Of a stretch of 64,000 bases of DNA, positions 18,321-28,346 are shown one piece after another (position 1 is the first letter of the stretch; the number at the start of each line of letters is the position of its first letter). The stretch spans positions 4,764 through 68,763 of the forward strand of contig CAZIXA010000008.1 of NCBI GenBank assembly GCA_964543295.1. The letters run 5' to 3'. The position numbers and the translations under genes were made by a program. The notes under the pieces are model-generated. The model was not told the DNA's origin. It was given only the letters and a program-made list of their open reading frames with translations, and made no database searches. Origin of the DNA: an uncultured Clostridia bacterium (GTDB lineage Bacteria; Aerophobota; Aerophobia; Aerophobales; AE-B3A).

Positions 18321-18422
18321 AGGGTAAGGCAACCTATATGGCCTAGGTAAAATTAAAGTGTTTATATCAAGAGAATTTTATCAAGCTAGTTGTGGTATAG
18401 GGGGATCATAGGTAAAGGAGGT
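18321..18422 (+). promoter_or_regulatory. conserved ~105-nt leader, copy 2 (upstream of 194-aa ORF)
   Basis: see copy 1. Confidence 0.45.
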
Positions 18423-18433
18423 GATACGATCGG

Positions 18434-19018
18434 ATGCTATCGGAAATGATAGTTTTGCCAAAACCGATAACGAGATGCATAGTCATCCTCACCGTTTTTT
18501 TCCTGGCCAACGGTCAAGTTGTTGCCACCCAAACCGCTCTGCGTGGCCTATATGTTGGTAAAGTTGTCAGTAAAGAACCAGAAAGCGATCAAGTAGGCCA
18601 GGCTTGGGCGGAAGCTCTTCGTACAAAGCTCGTAAGAGAGTACTCCGGACGAGACACTTTCTTGATTGTTCCCGTGGATCAAAAGGATATCGAGCATACG
18701 TTGGCCATATTGAACTCATTCTTAGATATGTATTCAGACCCCGAAATCCCAGAAGAATTTGCCTGGGTTCTTCCAAGTGGAATGATAGAATCCGGAATAA
18801 GGAGATGGATCTATCAGCGTGATTTGTATGGTATGGTTAGTTGGGAAAGTTTGATTCCCAGCCTTCTGCTTACTATGGCTCACCAACAGGGTTACCGGAT
18901 CGAACACGTCACAAGTAGTTATGTGATCCTTGCTAAACCTGTCTATGAGGAAGAGGAAAGAAAATGGGAAGACCGAATAAAGGAATATGAGGAAAAGAAT
19001 AAAAGTGAAAGTGGGTAA
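18434..19018 (+). CDS. secreted/membrane-anchored hypothetical protein
   Basis: 194 aa; N-terminal hydrophobic segment CIVILTVFFLANGQVVA. Confidence 0.4.
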   Translation: MLSEMIVLPKPITRCIVILTVFFLANGQVVATQTALRGLYVGKVVSKEPESDQVGQAWAEALRTKLVREYSGRDTFLIVPVDQKDIEHTLAILNSFLDMYSDPEIPEEFAWVLPSGMIESGIRRWIYQRDLYGMVSWESLIPSLLLTMAHQQGYRIEHVTSSYVILAKPVYEEEERKWEDRIKEYEEKNKSESG

Positions 19019-19034
19019 AGATGGGTGAGGAACT

Positions 19035-19508
19035 ATGAAATACTCTCTAATTGAGGGCTTAGCAGCTTTGGCAAGTTTTGGAGTTGTGTTGTTGGCGAAT
19101 AACGACCTTTACAGGTATGTGAGGAGGTTCCTTCTCCCAAAGAATAGTAAGATAGGAATAGATACTGCTTTTTTTCATCTTGTACCCTCGTTGGGTCTTG
19201 CATATCTTGCGGGTATTCTTGGCCGCATAGTTATTAAATCAGATATCCTGCTCGACCTTGATAAGCTTCTTATGTTGGCTGTGGTGCTGGGCTTGTCGAT
19301 GCCTTTTCTCGTAACTTTCCACCGGCTATTTTCAGACATAATCTCTGCTTTGTCCGAAAAACGAGGCAGTTTATTTAAAAGGGCCATGTTTGCGGTGTGG
19401 GGAGGATTATTTGTTGGCTTTGTTGTGTCGTCGTGGTACATATGGTATGGGTTAGCAATGTTTATTTTTATCTTCTTGCTACCTCCCATTTCGAAATACG
19501 TCCGCTAA
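19035..19508 (+). CDS. integral membrane protein (4 TM)
   Basis: 157 aa hydrophobic. Confidence 0.4.
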   Translation: MKYSLIEGLAALASFGVVLLANNDLYRYVRRFLLPKNSKIGIDTAFFHLVPSLGLAYLAGILGRIVIKSDILLDLDKLLMLAVVLGLSMPFLVTFHRLFSDIISALSEKRGSLFKRAMFAVWGGLFVGFVVSSWYIWYGLAMFIFIFLLPPISKYVR

Positions 19509-19605
19509 TCATTAGATTAGATTCTGATTAATGATACAGTCAACGTAGTTCTGGAGAGAGAAGAGCGGAAGGAAAAATCTAAGAGAATTATAGGAGAAAT
19601 AGGAG

Positions 19606-20553
19606 ATGAAATTACTGACAGGTAAAATTATTCCTATTCTGATACTCGTATTGGTTCTTTCTTGCCTCTCAGCTTATGCCAATGTTCAAATCATGAGCTA
19701 CAACGTCAAAGATTTCTGGCTGAGGTTTGATGGAGAATCTGGCAGCATGACAGATGAAGGCGCTGCATTAAACGAAAGAGATCTTGAAAGGCTCGAGGTC
19801 ATCGCTGGTGTTATTAATGAAAGGAAACCGGATGTTATCGGAATATTGGAATGTGCAAGCCTGGCTGAGCTGATATTCTTCAATGAGCGATTTTTAAAGG
19901 GGGAATACAGATGTTGGAGTTTTCGAGCTTACGACTCAAGAACTTTTGGGATTCCGCTTGGACTCATGGTAAAAAAGGATGTGCAAGTTAAATCAGTCGA
20001 TCTCGTTGAGCCCAGATCCTTTAGTTCTAGAGGAATTATAATTGCGGATATTGTAAAAGGTGATTACGAATTTACGCTATTCCTCGTTCATCTCAAATCC
20101 AAAATAGAACAAAAGTTAGGTGAATCAGCTCTTAAAAGAGATAGACAAGGAAATCGTCTTCGTGAAATAATAAAGGGAAAACTGGAAGAGAATCCTAATG
20201 CCAACATTATCATCTGTGGTGATTTCAATGATTCTCGTGGTCGGGATGATCAAGAAAAGGCTGCGGATGTGGAGGACTTAATAGGCAAAGTGGTGAAACC
20301 AATTATGCTAGGAGACAGGACACAAGTAGCAATTTACAGTTCCACCTTAGAGCATAAGGATCAAGACATAAATGGCCAATTATGGACGGAAAAAAGTAAG
20401 GGACATGCTCCAATTCAATTTGATTATTTCTTTCTCACGCAAGGTGCGAATGATGAATTCGTTAATCTAGATCATGTTTATCCAGAAGAATTTCAAAATA
20501 TACTTAGGGCGTCTGACCATATTCCCATTGTTTTGGATCTTCGGGATGAATAA
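19606..20553 (+). CDS. secreted endonuclease/exonuclease/phosphatase (EEP) family protein
   Basis: 315 aa; signal peptide; EEP motifs IMSYNVKDF, ILEC, ICGDFND, SDHIPIVLDL. Confidence 0.6.
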   Translation: MKLLTGKIIPILILVLVLSCLSAYANVQIMSYNVKDFWLRFDGESGSMTDEGAALNERDLERLEVIAGVINERKPDVIGILECASLAELIFFNERFLKGEYRCWSFRAYDSRTFGIPLGLMVKKDVQVKSVDLVEPRSFSSRGIIIADIVKGDYEFTLFLVHLKSKIEQKLGESALKRDRQGNRLREIIKGKLEENPNANIIICGDFNDSRGRDDQEKAADVEDLIGKVVKPIMLGDRTQVAIYSSTLEHKDQDINGQLWTEKSKGHAPIQFDYFFLTQGANDEFVNLDHVYPEEFQNILRASDHIPIVLDLRDE

Positions 20554-20741
20554 CCGAAGAGGAAAATGAGGCAAAGGAACTAATTCTTCCAAAAACGCAA
20601 GGAACTAGCTGCCTTGCCGAAAATGTCACGATGTTCGAACAGAGAAATATGCTAACGGAAATTATGGGAAAGTATGTTGAGTCGTAGAAGCGATGACAAA
20701 TAAAAGGCAATGAGCTTAATCAGGTCAATAATCGCAAGCTA

Positions 20742-21305
20742 TTGAAACTCCGGCTATATAGAATTTCCACAAGAGAGGTCCAGGCTGTGATAAATCCCGC
20801 CGAAGACATAGTGAATCTTTGGTTGCAAGAGTGCCACAATCACTTTACGATGACCAACATAGTAATAAGAAAGAAACCGAGAATTATCAATGGGAAGAAG
20901 ATCCATGGAGGTCGAGGGAAGGAAGTCGACATTGTTTCGACGGATGGGAGCAAATTCTTTTGGGTAGAGGTTGGAGTTTCGGCTCGGCCATATTCTCCTC
21001 TCAAGGCTGTGAGAGTGGATAAGTGCGTTTCAGACGCAAAAGAAAAGTTCACTGAAGAAAAAGAGATGGGTCTTAAGGAACGGTTCAACAAAAGGGATTT
21101 TAAAAAGTGGTATGTATACTCTCCAAAACTGTTTTCGAAGTCTACGGATGAGGAACAGCTCTATCGGTCTCGTCTCAAACAATCAGGAATCAATCCGATA
21201 AGCTTCACGGATGTCCTGTCGGAACTTCGAGAAAAATTGAACTACATGGGTTATGATGCGACACGAAACTATTTGTTTCTCTTGAAAGAGTTTCGATATT
21301 TCTAG
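20742..21305 (+). CDS. hypothetical protein
   Basis: 187-aa ORF, no clear motif. Confidence 0.35.
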   Translation: MKLRLYRISTREVQAVINPAEDIVNLWLQECHNHFTMTNIVIRKKPRIINGKKIHGGRGKEVDIVSTDGSKFFWVEVGVSARPYSPLKAVRVDKCVSDAKEKFTEEKEMGLKERFNKRDFKKWYVYSPKLFSKSTDEEQLYRSRLKQSGINPISFTDVLSELREKLNYMGYDATRNYLFLLKEFRYF

Positions 21306-21517
21306 ACTGGTCCCAGTCCTCGCTAAATAATTGATATATTATTCTGTTAGAACATAAAATTTGTTTCACTATGTTTAGATCCTTTCTTTTGCCTTACCAA
21401 CAAATGGTTCCTTCATTCTGTATATCTCCAAAATGCAAAGGTTTCATGCAATCTTTTGCCGCTGAAAGAAGTCGCTTGAAGAACAATTTAGGTAGAATGT
21501 TAGGACCACAAGTTGTT

Positions 21518-24500
21518 CTAACCGTTGCTGCTCAATGAGGCAACAGCAGGGGTAATTCCGGACCTGCGGTAGACCTCATCAATCTTTTCTTGAAGTTCAA
21601 TCGTGAGCTGAATCGCTTTTTCCACCTTCATATAATGGTCAATCTCATCCAGACAAAGCTTCCGGCCTCTTCTATCCTTCAGGTATTTCTCCATTACCTG
21701 ATAAGCTCCGATTCGGTATTCCCACACTTCTTTCGAGATACCCTCAAAACACTGACCTTTGTTGATATAGACTCTTTGGCTCCCTTCATCATATTGCACC
21801 TTTTCCATTTTATTGGAGCCACTTACTGGGTAGCCAATCTCGGTTTGGGAAAGAGAAAAGTGTTTAAATAAATGAAGTTCAACAAGCTCTTTACCAAGAT
21901 TGCTCAAAGTCCTGAAAACTTCATAATCTTTCGGTAAGGGAATCCTAGGAAAGTCTATTTTGAGGAATTCCTGGTAACGCTTTCGGTAGGTGGAGGAGTA
22001 AAGCACGGCATAGATGTAATAAAAAATCTTTTCTGGAGCCGGTTCCATTTCATGAGATTCTTTTACCGCCTGCAAGAATTTATCGGTGAAATTTGGAATT
22101 TTCGGTTCTCCAGACAATTCCTGGGAAAGAGCCAGATCTTCACGTCCATGCTGGTAAAGGTAAAGAGGGAAGCAGTAACAATTATCCCTTGAGGAGATAA
22201 GAGTTTTGTCTGTTATGTGGGAGGTAACCAGAATGTGCCGCCAAATAGGATCTCTTAGCCTCTTCGTAAGATTTATTGCTAAATTACTCCTTTCTATCAT
22301 ATGTCTCATCAGTTTAAACCTATCTCTTTCAACAAGTGCCCAATGATAACAGATGTATCGCCAATCAAAGGGCCTGTAGTCATAGAGATAGATTAAATCC
22401 TCCCATTTTTTACCTTTGACTTTTTCCCGTATCTTCGAAACCATCCAATCCTTGGTGTCCTTCAATTTCAAGTCCATCTTGATTAAATCACTCGTCAGTG
22501 ACCCTGTGAATACCTTCATTCTTTGTACTATCTCATCGCTTGTAAATCCTACTACAAGATGATCTCGTGCGGTGGTTACACCGAAAGACCACTGTCTGAA
22601 GATCTCCGTTATCTTCCAGAATTTCTCATACTCCTCTTGCAGAGCAAAATCTTTAGGAACAAAGAAGTAGTAAGGAGCGACAGGCTTAAGTTCTTGCCAC
22701 TTAGTTGTCTCGGTGTCGTTTTCCGAGAGGTATCCGTATTTTTTACTTCTCAGACCCCAAAGGTCCGCATAGTAGACTTTCTTTTCTTTCTCTGGTCTCT
22801 CAAGTTTTACATAGAGGGCAATAGTAACCCCCTGCTGGATGTCAAATACATTCTCGTCTTTGCCGCCTTCGGGGGTCAGCTCACTTATTCTTGAGGAACC
22901 ATGCAGATTTAAAAGATAAATCTCATTAAAGGTCTCTAAAAGTTTACTCCGCATCCCCCGATGAATTACCCCTGAAAGATAGGAGTTATTGGTGATAAAC
23001 CCCAAGATTCCTTTACCAGCTTGCTCTATTTTCCATTGACCAAAGCGGATAAACTTTATGTAATCATCAGAAAGAGGCTGGATATTTCGCTCCTTCCTCA
23101 CGTCTTCCTTGTAAGTATCCATCAAGTCTTCAATGAAATCCGACTTGTTTTCTGAGCTCACTGAATAAGGAGGATTGCCCAAAACAACCAAAATGGGAAT
23201 TTCTTCCTTTATTTTTTTAGCTTCACGCCCTTCTTTTGTAAGGTCAATGAGGAAACTTATCTGTCTGGGTTCTTTCATCTCCAGAGTATTGGTGAGGTAA
23301 AACTTGAATCGTTCACCTTCCTTGAACCTATAACCCATCTCTTCCAAGACCATCGATACCTTGAAATGACCTACTGTATAGGGAGCCATAAGGATTTCAA
23401 AAGCATGAAAATGGGGCAAGATATGCTCTTCTATATAAGATTTAACAAGTCCTCCTTTATTTCTTTCTTCTAGCTCCCCCTGCACTTGCTTGATTGCCTG
23501 GACGAGAAAGGTCAAAGTGCCTGCTGCCGGATCAAGAAGGGTTACATCTCTGGTGGCAAGTCCTTCGACCTTTGAAAATTTTTGCTTTAAGAGTTTGTGA
23601 ATTGACCTCGTGATATAGGAAACCACTGGCAGAGGGGTATAATAAACTCCTAATCTTTGTCTTTCTTGAGGATTATAAGTAGCAAGGAAGGTTTCGTAAA
23701 AGTGAATTACCGGGTCCTCATCCCACCGAGTCGTCTTGAACTCCTTAAGAATTGAGGAAATATCGGCCTTCTCAAGCACTTGACTTATGTCATCAACAAT
23801 CCAGGATAAGGATTCTGGGAAATGTGGTCCAACAAAGGAATAAAAAATTTCCTTGAGTAAGGGTAAACTCTGAGGGATGGATTCCCAGGCAACTTCCCTT
23901 TTGAAGCCATTTTCAACCCTCATTCTGGCGGCAAAAAGTCCATAGCTCATAGTCTGGGCGTAAAGGTCTGCGAATCGCTCTTCACTCAAGGTCTCTATAA
24001 GTTCTTCTTGAAAGGCTTTGTAAAATCTCGTCACCTCTTCATTCTTACCTGAAAGCTCTTCCTGTAAAATATGTTCAAGAAATCGGGTTCTCTTGGCCAG
24101 TTCAATGGAAAGGTCAGAGGAGGTCTTTATCTCAGGTGCAGAAAAAGAGAAGAATTTTTCAAGAAGCTGGAAGAATAGATCTAACTTCTCAGGAAGGGGA
24201 GGATGCTTCAATCTCTGCAAAGTAAATTGCCGACCCACCTCCACCTGATCAATCAGACTGCCTTTCCGGTATAACCTGAACTCCAAGAAATTGGTCAAAA
24301 TGAGGTTAGGAAGTGAGCCCAGATACCTCCTGAGCTGCTCGGAGCCTTCAACTTCTCTGAGGCTGGCATCAGGTGGTTTTGCTTCAATGTATCCAACGAT
24401 TTCGCCATTTTTACCGATGCGAAAGTCAGGGATTCCTACTTCTGTTCTTCTAGGTAAAACAATAACGTTTGCCCTTGCTTGTATTTGAAAAAATCGGGAA

Positions 24501-24634
24501 AGTTCTTCAATGAATCCCTTAAGTGCAGGATAGAAGCTTTCTTCCCTGAAATTGCCACCTGTATAAATCTCATGGATTTCCCTAATGTAGCTGCTAAGAG
24601 TTTTTTCGAATTTGTCTCTTTGCCTTTTCTTCAT
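21518..24634 (-). CDS. MmeI-family Type IIL (IIG) single-chain restriction-modification enzyme
   Basis: 1038 aa; N-terminal PD-ExK (GIPDF...GYIEAKP), gamma-class N6-adenine MTase motif I LLDPAAGTLTFL and motif IV NPPY, C-terminal TRD-sized region. Confidence 0.7.
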   Translation of the reverse strand: MKKRQRDKFEKTLSSYIREIHEIYTGGNFREESFYPALKGFIEELSRFFQIQARANVIVLPRRTEVGIPDFRIGKNGEIVGYIEAKPPDASLREVEGSEQLRRYLGSLPNLILTNFLEFRLYRKGSLIDQVEVGRQFTLQRLKHPPLPEKLDLFFQLLEKFFSFSAPEIKTSSDLSIELAKRTRFLEHILQEELSGKNEEVTRFYKAFQEELIETLSEERFADLYAQTMSYGLFAARMRVENGFKREVAWESIPQSLPLLKEIFYSFVGPHFPESLSWIVDDISQVLEKADISSILKEFKTTRWDEDPVIHFYETFLATYNPQERQRLGVYYTPLPVVSYITRSIHKLLKQKFSKVEGLATRDVTLLDPAAGTLTFLVQAIKQVQGELEERNKGGLVKSYIEEHILPHFHAFEILMAPYTVGHFKVSMVLEEMGYRFKEGERFKFYLTNTLEMKEPRQISFLIDLTKEGREAKKIKEEIPILVVLGNPPYSVSSENKSDFIEDLMDTYKEDVRKERNIQPLSDDYIKFIRFGQWKIEQAGKGILGFITNNSYLSGVIHRGMRSKLLETFNEIYLLNLHGSSRISELTPEGGKDENVFDIQQGVTIALYVKLERPEKEKKVYYADLWGLRSKKYGYLSENDTETTKWQELKPVAPYYFFVPKDFALQEEYEKFWKITEIFRQWSFGVTTARDHLVVGFTSDEIVQRMKVFTGSLTSDLIKMDLKLKDTKDWMVSKIREKVKGKKWEDLIYLYDYRPFDWRYICYHWALVERDRFKLMRHMIERSNLAINLTKRLRDPIWRHILVTSHITDKTLISSRDNCYCFPLYLYQHGREDLALSQELSGEPKIPNFTDKFLQAVKESHEMEPAPEKIFYYIYAVLYSSTYRKRYQEFLKIDFPRIPLPKDYEVFRTLSNLGKELVELHLFKHFSLSQTEIGYPVSGSNKMEKVQYDEGSQRVYINKGQCFEGISKEVWEYRIGAYQVMEKYLKDRRGRKLCLDEIDHYMKVEKAIQLTIELQEKIDEVYRRSGITPAVASLSSNG

Positions 24635-25104
24635 TTTCTCAACAAGCCTTTATTGAGAAAATCACTTCAATGGAATGTAAGTACTATCATCTATACTTCT
24701 CATAAAAGTCCTTTATGTGATATAGATGTTTCCATCACGAACGATGCTTCTCTAAACGATCCATATAACCGTTCTTTTTCCAGAGATACAGACCGAGACA
24801 GCACAATCCTATCAGTGCCAAATGATTCTGTCAAGCTGAAAATAAGCACAAAGGCTTTATTTGGAGTAATTTTAGCAAGGATGATATTTTTGAAATTGAG
24901 AGAAGAGAACAAAAAGTTAAATAGAGTGTATTATAGTAGCAGATAAGGTAGTCTGTTCTGGCGAGCATGCGAACGTAAAAAGAACAAAAGAACATAACAA
25001 CTCTTGACAAAGATGTAATGTACAGTAAGATATAAGTGGTTGTGCAAGTGCTCTGAGAGACCAGAAATATAAGATCTTTCATGTCTCTGTTAAAGTGGTT
25101 GTTC

Positions 25105-25240
25105 TTTTCCTTAAAGAGAGCTTTGCTCTCTAACCCGCTAGTAAGGAAGAGACTGCATCTATCGCCGTGCTTCGGTACGGCGAGGGGGTGGCAGTCTTGA
25201 CCGGTTTTCCTAGCGGGTTACCGGAAGAGATATGTGCCCC
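25105..25240. ncRNA. candidate structured RNA element / complex terminator between XRE regulator and RM gene
   Basis: nested helices: 11-bp outer stem (taacccgctag/ctagcgggtta), 7-bp stem (agactgc/gcagtct), 8-bp stem capped by UUCG tetraloop (cgccgtgc-ttcg-gtacggcg); preceded by 6-bp hairpin gagagc-ttt-gctctc; followed on + strand by cccccttttttatt. Confidence 0.35.
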
Positions 25241-25359
25241 CTTTTTTATTGGGATGATAGACAAGTTTTGATTAATGTTAAAGTGGGAAGTGGTTAAATC
25301 TTTTTATTGGTTTTAATATAAAGAATTGTTGCTAGGCCGGAATGAGGATTATCTTGACC

Positions 25360-25686
25360 CTATTCTTCTAGCAGAGCTTTAAGAACTTTTAAGACAAGCT
25401 TAAGAGCTTTTGCATTTTTATTGCGCAGAAGATTTGTTATCTCTTCTCTTAAGCCAACTTCGGTAGAAGGCCTTTCTGGGAAAGAAAAGAGTTCAGCAAT
25501 ACTCACATTTAGCCCCTTAGCAATTTTTTCAATACTTTGGAGTGAGAGATTTCTTTCTCCTCGTTCTACAGCGCCAATATACGTGTAATGAAGGTTAGCC
25601 TTGGCAGCCAATTTTTCTTGTGACAGACCTTGCATCTTTCTCAATTCTTTTATTCTATTTCCCAATTTAACCAGTATCTGACTCAT
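25360..25686 (-). CDS. XRE-family helix-turn-helix transcriptional regulator (possible controller protein)
   Basis: 108 aa; LRKMQGLSQEKLAAKANLHYTYIGAVERGERNLSLQSIEKIAKGL. Confidence 0.7.
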   Translation of the reverse strand: MSQILVKLGNRIKELRKMQGLSQEKLAAKANLHYTYIGAVERGERNLSLQSIEKIAKGLNVSIAELFSFPERPSTEVGLREEITNLLRNKNAKALKLVLKVLKALLEE

Positions 25687-25960
25687 AACTCACCTTTTTT
25701 GTTTATTCTAGGAGAGAAAGGAACAGATAGCTACAGACGATAAATAGTATTTTTGCTTGACAAGAAATACGATAAGTAGTAATATAATTGAGGTAATTAA
25801 CAAAGAGAAATACAAGTTCTTCGATTCTCAAGTTGTTCGTATTCCTTTTTCTTCAAAGTTTACCGTAGGAGGCAAACAAGGACGAGATATGAAACTATAG
25901 TTGTCTTAACAGTTGGAAAGGTGATTAGTATATTTGTGGGCTATTTGTTAAAAGCAATTA

Positions 25961-26386
25961 TTGCTCCTTTATCAAGACCTGGAAGCTAATAAAATGGGCA
26001 AAAAGATAAAAAGTGATCAAAAAAATATCTTGGTAGTTGATGACGATATGAGTGCACGAACTGTATTTTCAAGCGCCTCAAAAAAAGAGAGCTATCGAGT
26101 GACTGCGGTAAAAAATGGCTATGAGGCGATAAAGGCTATAGATGAAGAAAGTTTTGATCTTGCCGTGATAGATCTTAGAATGCCAGGGCTGGATGGAATT
26201 GAAGTTTTAGAGAAGATAAAGAATAAAAGGCCTCAAACCCGAGTCATTATTTATACGGGATATGGTTCGATAACGACCGCAGTAGAGGCCATGAGGAAAG
26301 GAGCCGTCGACGATCTTATTAAGCCATTTTCTCCCGACCAGCCCAAGGCAGGCATTAAAAAAGCATTAGAGAACTACGGAGACTAA
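25961..26386 (+). CDS. stand-alone receiver (REC) domain protein; true start probably MGKK at ~25994
   Basis: ILVVDDD, DLRMPGLDG, K in IKP; no output domain. Confidence 0.7.
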   Translation: MLLYQDLEANKMGKKIKSDQKNILVVDDDMSARTVFSSASKKESYRVTAVKNGYEAIKAIDEESFDLAVIDLRMPGLDGIEVLEKIKNKRPQTRVIIYTGYGSITTAVEAMRKGAVDDLIKPFSPDQPKAGIKKALENYGD

Positions 26387-26585
26387 TGAAAGTCGCACAA
26401 TATTTTCCTTCCCCCACTCTTAAAGATACAGCAGAAAAATCAAAACTGAAAGTGAGGTGAAGAATACCCAAAGTGAAAAAAGAATTTCCCGAGGTACAAG
26501 AATCACAAAAAAGAGGTGAACTTGCAGCATGGTGGGTTTTCCCCACTTTAAGTGATGCCTACTTCATAGTACGAGGTGTACTACA

Positions 26586-27347
26586 ATGAGAGCTAATTGT
26601 GTTTTGAGAGTAGTGTTAGTGTTTGTACTGTCGGTGATCTTTACCCTATTGCCATTTACCCTGGCACACGCTTATATCGAAGGCTGTCTGGCCAAAGGAG
26701 TAACATCCACTGGATCCGACGCTACCACCAGTAGAGGCTCTGGTGGTCACTCTGAGGCGGGTGGTACCATAGCCACTCACGACGCCTATGCAGAATACAG
26801 CGAGGAGAGCTATTTTGCAGGGTTTGGCATCAATACCAACAATACCGCACAAGGAATATTCGCTGGAACCGGAATCGGCAAAAGAGGCAGCTCTCTAGAA
26901 CTTGTCGTAACCATGGCTGACGTCTCTGAATTCAGTGATTTTCTCTTCAGCGCCAAGTACCAATTTCTAGGTGAGACTCTCTCTCGTCCTGCCATGGCGG
27001 TGGGGGTCGATGCCATTAACGAAATCCCTGGACAAATGCACTCAAGTCCCTACATAGTAGCTTCAAAATTTTTCCCCAAGGTAAAACTCCCGGTTATAGC
27101 TTCCTTAGGTTGGGGCTCAGGAAGGTTCAGAGATAATTTCTTTGGAATCTTGGCCTTTGTCCTGTCGAGGCACTGGAATTTCATCGTCGAATACGATGGA
27201 GCCGGAGGTAATGTAGGAATATCTTTTGGGAGCGAGGTATCCTTGTGGAGACCCTTGCCGGTGGTGGTTATTCTCGGAGTCCAGAACGCTTTTGCCTCAG
27301 AGGAAGAGAGTGTCTTCAGCATAGGAGGAGGAATAAGATTCCCTTAA
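26586..27347 (+). CDS. secreted protein, possible outer-membrane beta-barrel
   Basis: signal peptide, Gly/aromatic-rich alternating pattern. Confidence 0.35.
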   Translation: MRANCVLRVVLVFVLSVIFTLLPFTLAHAYIEGCLAKGVTSTGSDATTSRGSGGHSEAGGTIATHDAYAEYSEESYFAGFGINTNNTAQGIFAGTGIGKRGSSLELVVTMADVSEFSDFLFSAKYQFLGETLSRPAMAVGVDAINEIPGQMHSSPYIVASKFFPKVKLPVIASLGWGSGRFRDNFFGILAFVLSRHWNFIVEYDGAGGNVGISFGSEVSLWRPLPVVVILGVQNAFASEEESVFSIGGGIRFP

Positions 27348-27668
27348 GAAGGTAGTACCAAATTAATAATTGCTAGTTTTGACTTTCGGGGGTTCTTAAG
27401 TTGCGGCAGTTTCGCCCGATGATTTCTTTAGAGTTCCCCCTGATTATCTTGTAAAGCGGAGGGTAATAGGTAAGTCTTTCTAAAAAATGGTAGCCGCAGG
27501 CTTTAGCCTGCGCTTGCAGACAATAGTTTCTTTTTCTTTACGCTACCTTACCTTGATGAATAAGTTCCGTAATCTGTCGAGATTGCCACGTTTGCCTTCA
27601 ACAGAATCGCAATGACGAAAAGAAAAGAATTTTAGAAAAACTAAACTGTTACAGTGGAGGAATACTAA

Positions 27669-28346
27669 ATGAAGAAAATTAAAAAGAGTTTCATTTTTGG
27701 CCTCACCCTGATTCTTCTTTCCCCTTCAATCGCTTTGGGACAAGCTAAATCGCAGCCACAGCCAGCGGATGTCCTTCAGCAAATCATCCAACTGGCAGTG
27801 GAGAATAATCCTATCCTGGAATCCCAGAGGAGTTTTATTAACACCATTCAACAAATGCCCGAGCCAGGCGCAGGTTTCATCAATCTGAAGGAGCTACAGT
27901 CCCAGAGCCGCCGGGTAGGTGAGGGAGGAATGCAAGCTCCTCTTTTAAGTCTCAGCCAGGCGGTACAGGTAGAGACGTTCATACAGAGAAAGTTAGACCG
28001 GGAAAAAACTCTGGCTCAGGCCAAACAGACCTATGAGAATCTCAAACAGTCCCTAATATCCAATCTGATGGCCAAGATCACAGAAATGGCAAAGTTAAAG
28101 AACAAAAGGGGAAACTTAGAAGAGCTTAAATCCTTCCTTGAGACGAGACGGGATTCCTTAGAAAAACAGGTAAAGGCGGGGATAAAGGAACCAAGTGCTT
28201 TATTTGACCTCATGGAAAGAGTTATGCAAACCAGCCTTGAGATAAAAAATGCCGTCAGAGAACTGGAGATCCTGAAACTGGAAACAGCTATAAGCCTGGG
28301 TGGAGAAAAGTGGAAAGATCTTCTCGATTTATTGAATAAGGTATGA
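27669..28346 (+). CDS. half-size TolC/OEP-like outer membrane efflux protein repeat (paralog 1)
   Basis: signal peptide; OEP repeat signature VENNPILESQRS; strongly paralogous to next ORF. Confidence 0.45.
   Translation: MKKIKKSFIFGLTLILLSPSIALGQAKSQPQPADVLQQIIQLAVENNPILESQRSFINTIQQMPEPGAGFINLKELQSQSRRVGEGGMQAPLLSLSQAVQVETFIQRKLDREKTLAQAKQTYENLKQSLISNLMAKITEMAKLKNKRGNLEELKSFLETRRDSLEKQVKAGIKEPSALFDLMERVMQTSLEIKNAVRELEILKLETAISLGGEKWKDLLDLLNKV

Noticed and set aside
20742-21305. PD-(D/E)xK assignment for the 187-aa ORF (EVDIVSTDG...FWVEVGV)
   Set aside because: It has Asp and Glu but no following Lys in the expected E.K position. Insufficient for a nuclease call.
24479-24946. 155-aa + ORF overlapping the start of the Type IIL RM gene
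   Set aside because: Its first 150 nt are antisense to the RM N-terminus. No motifs. The remainder sits in the AT-rich intergenic region. Probably not a gene.
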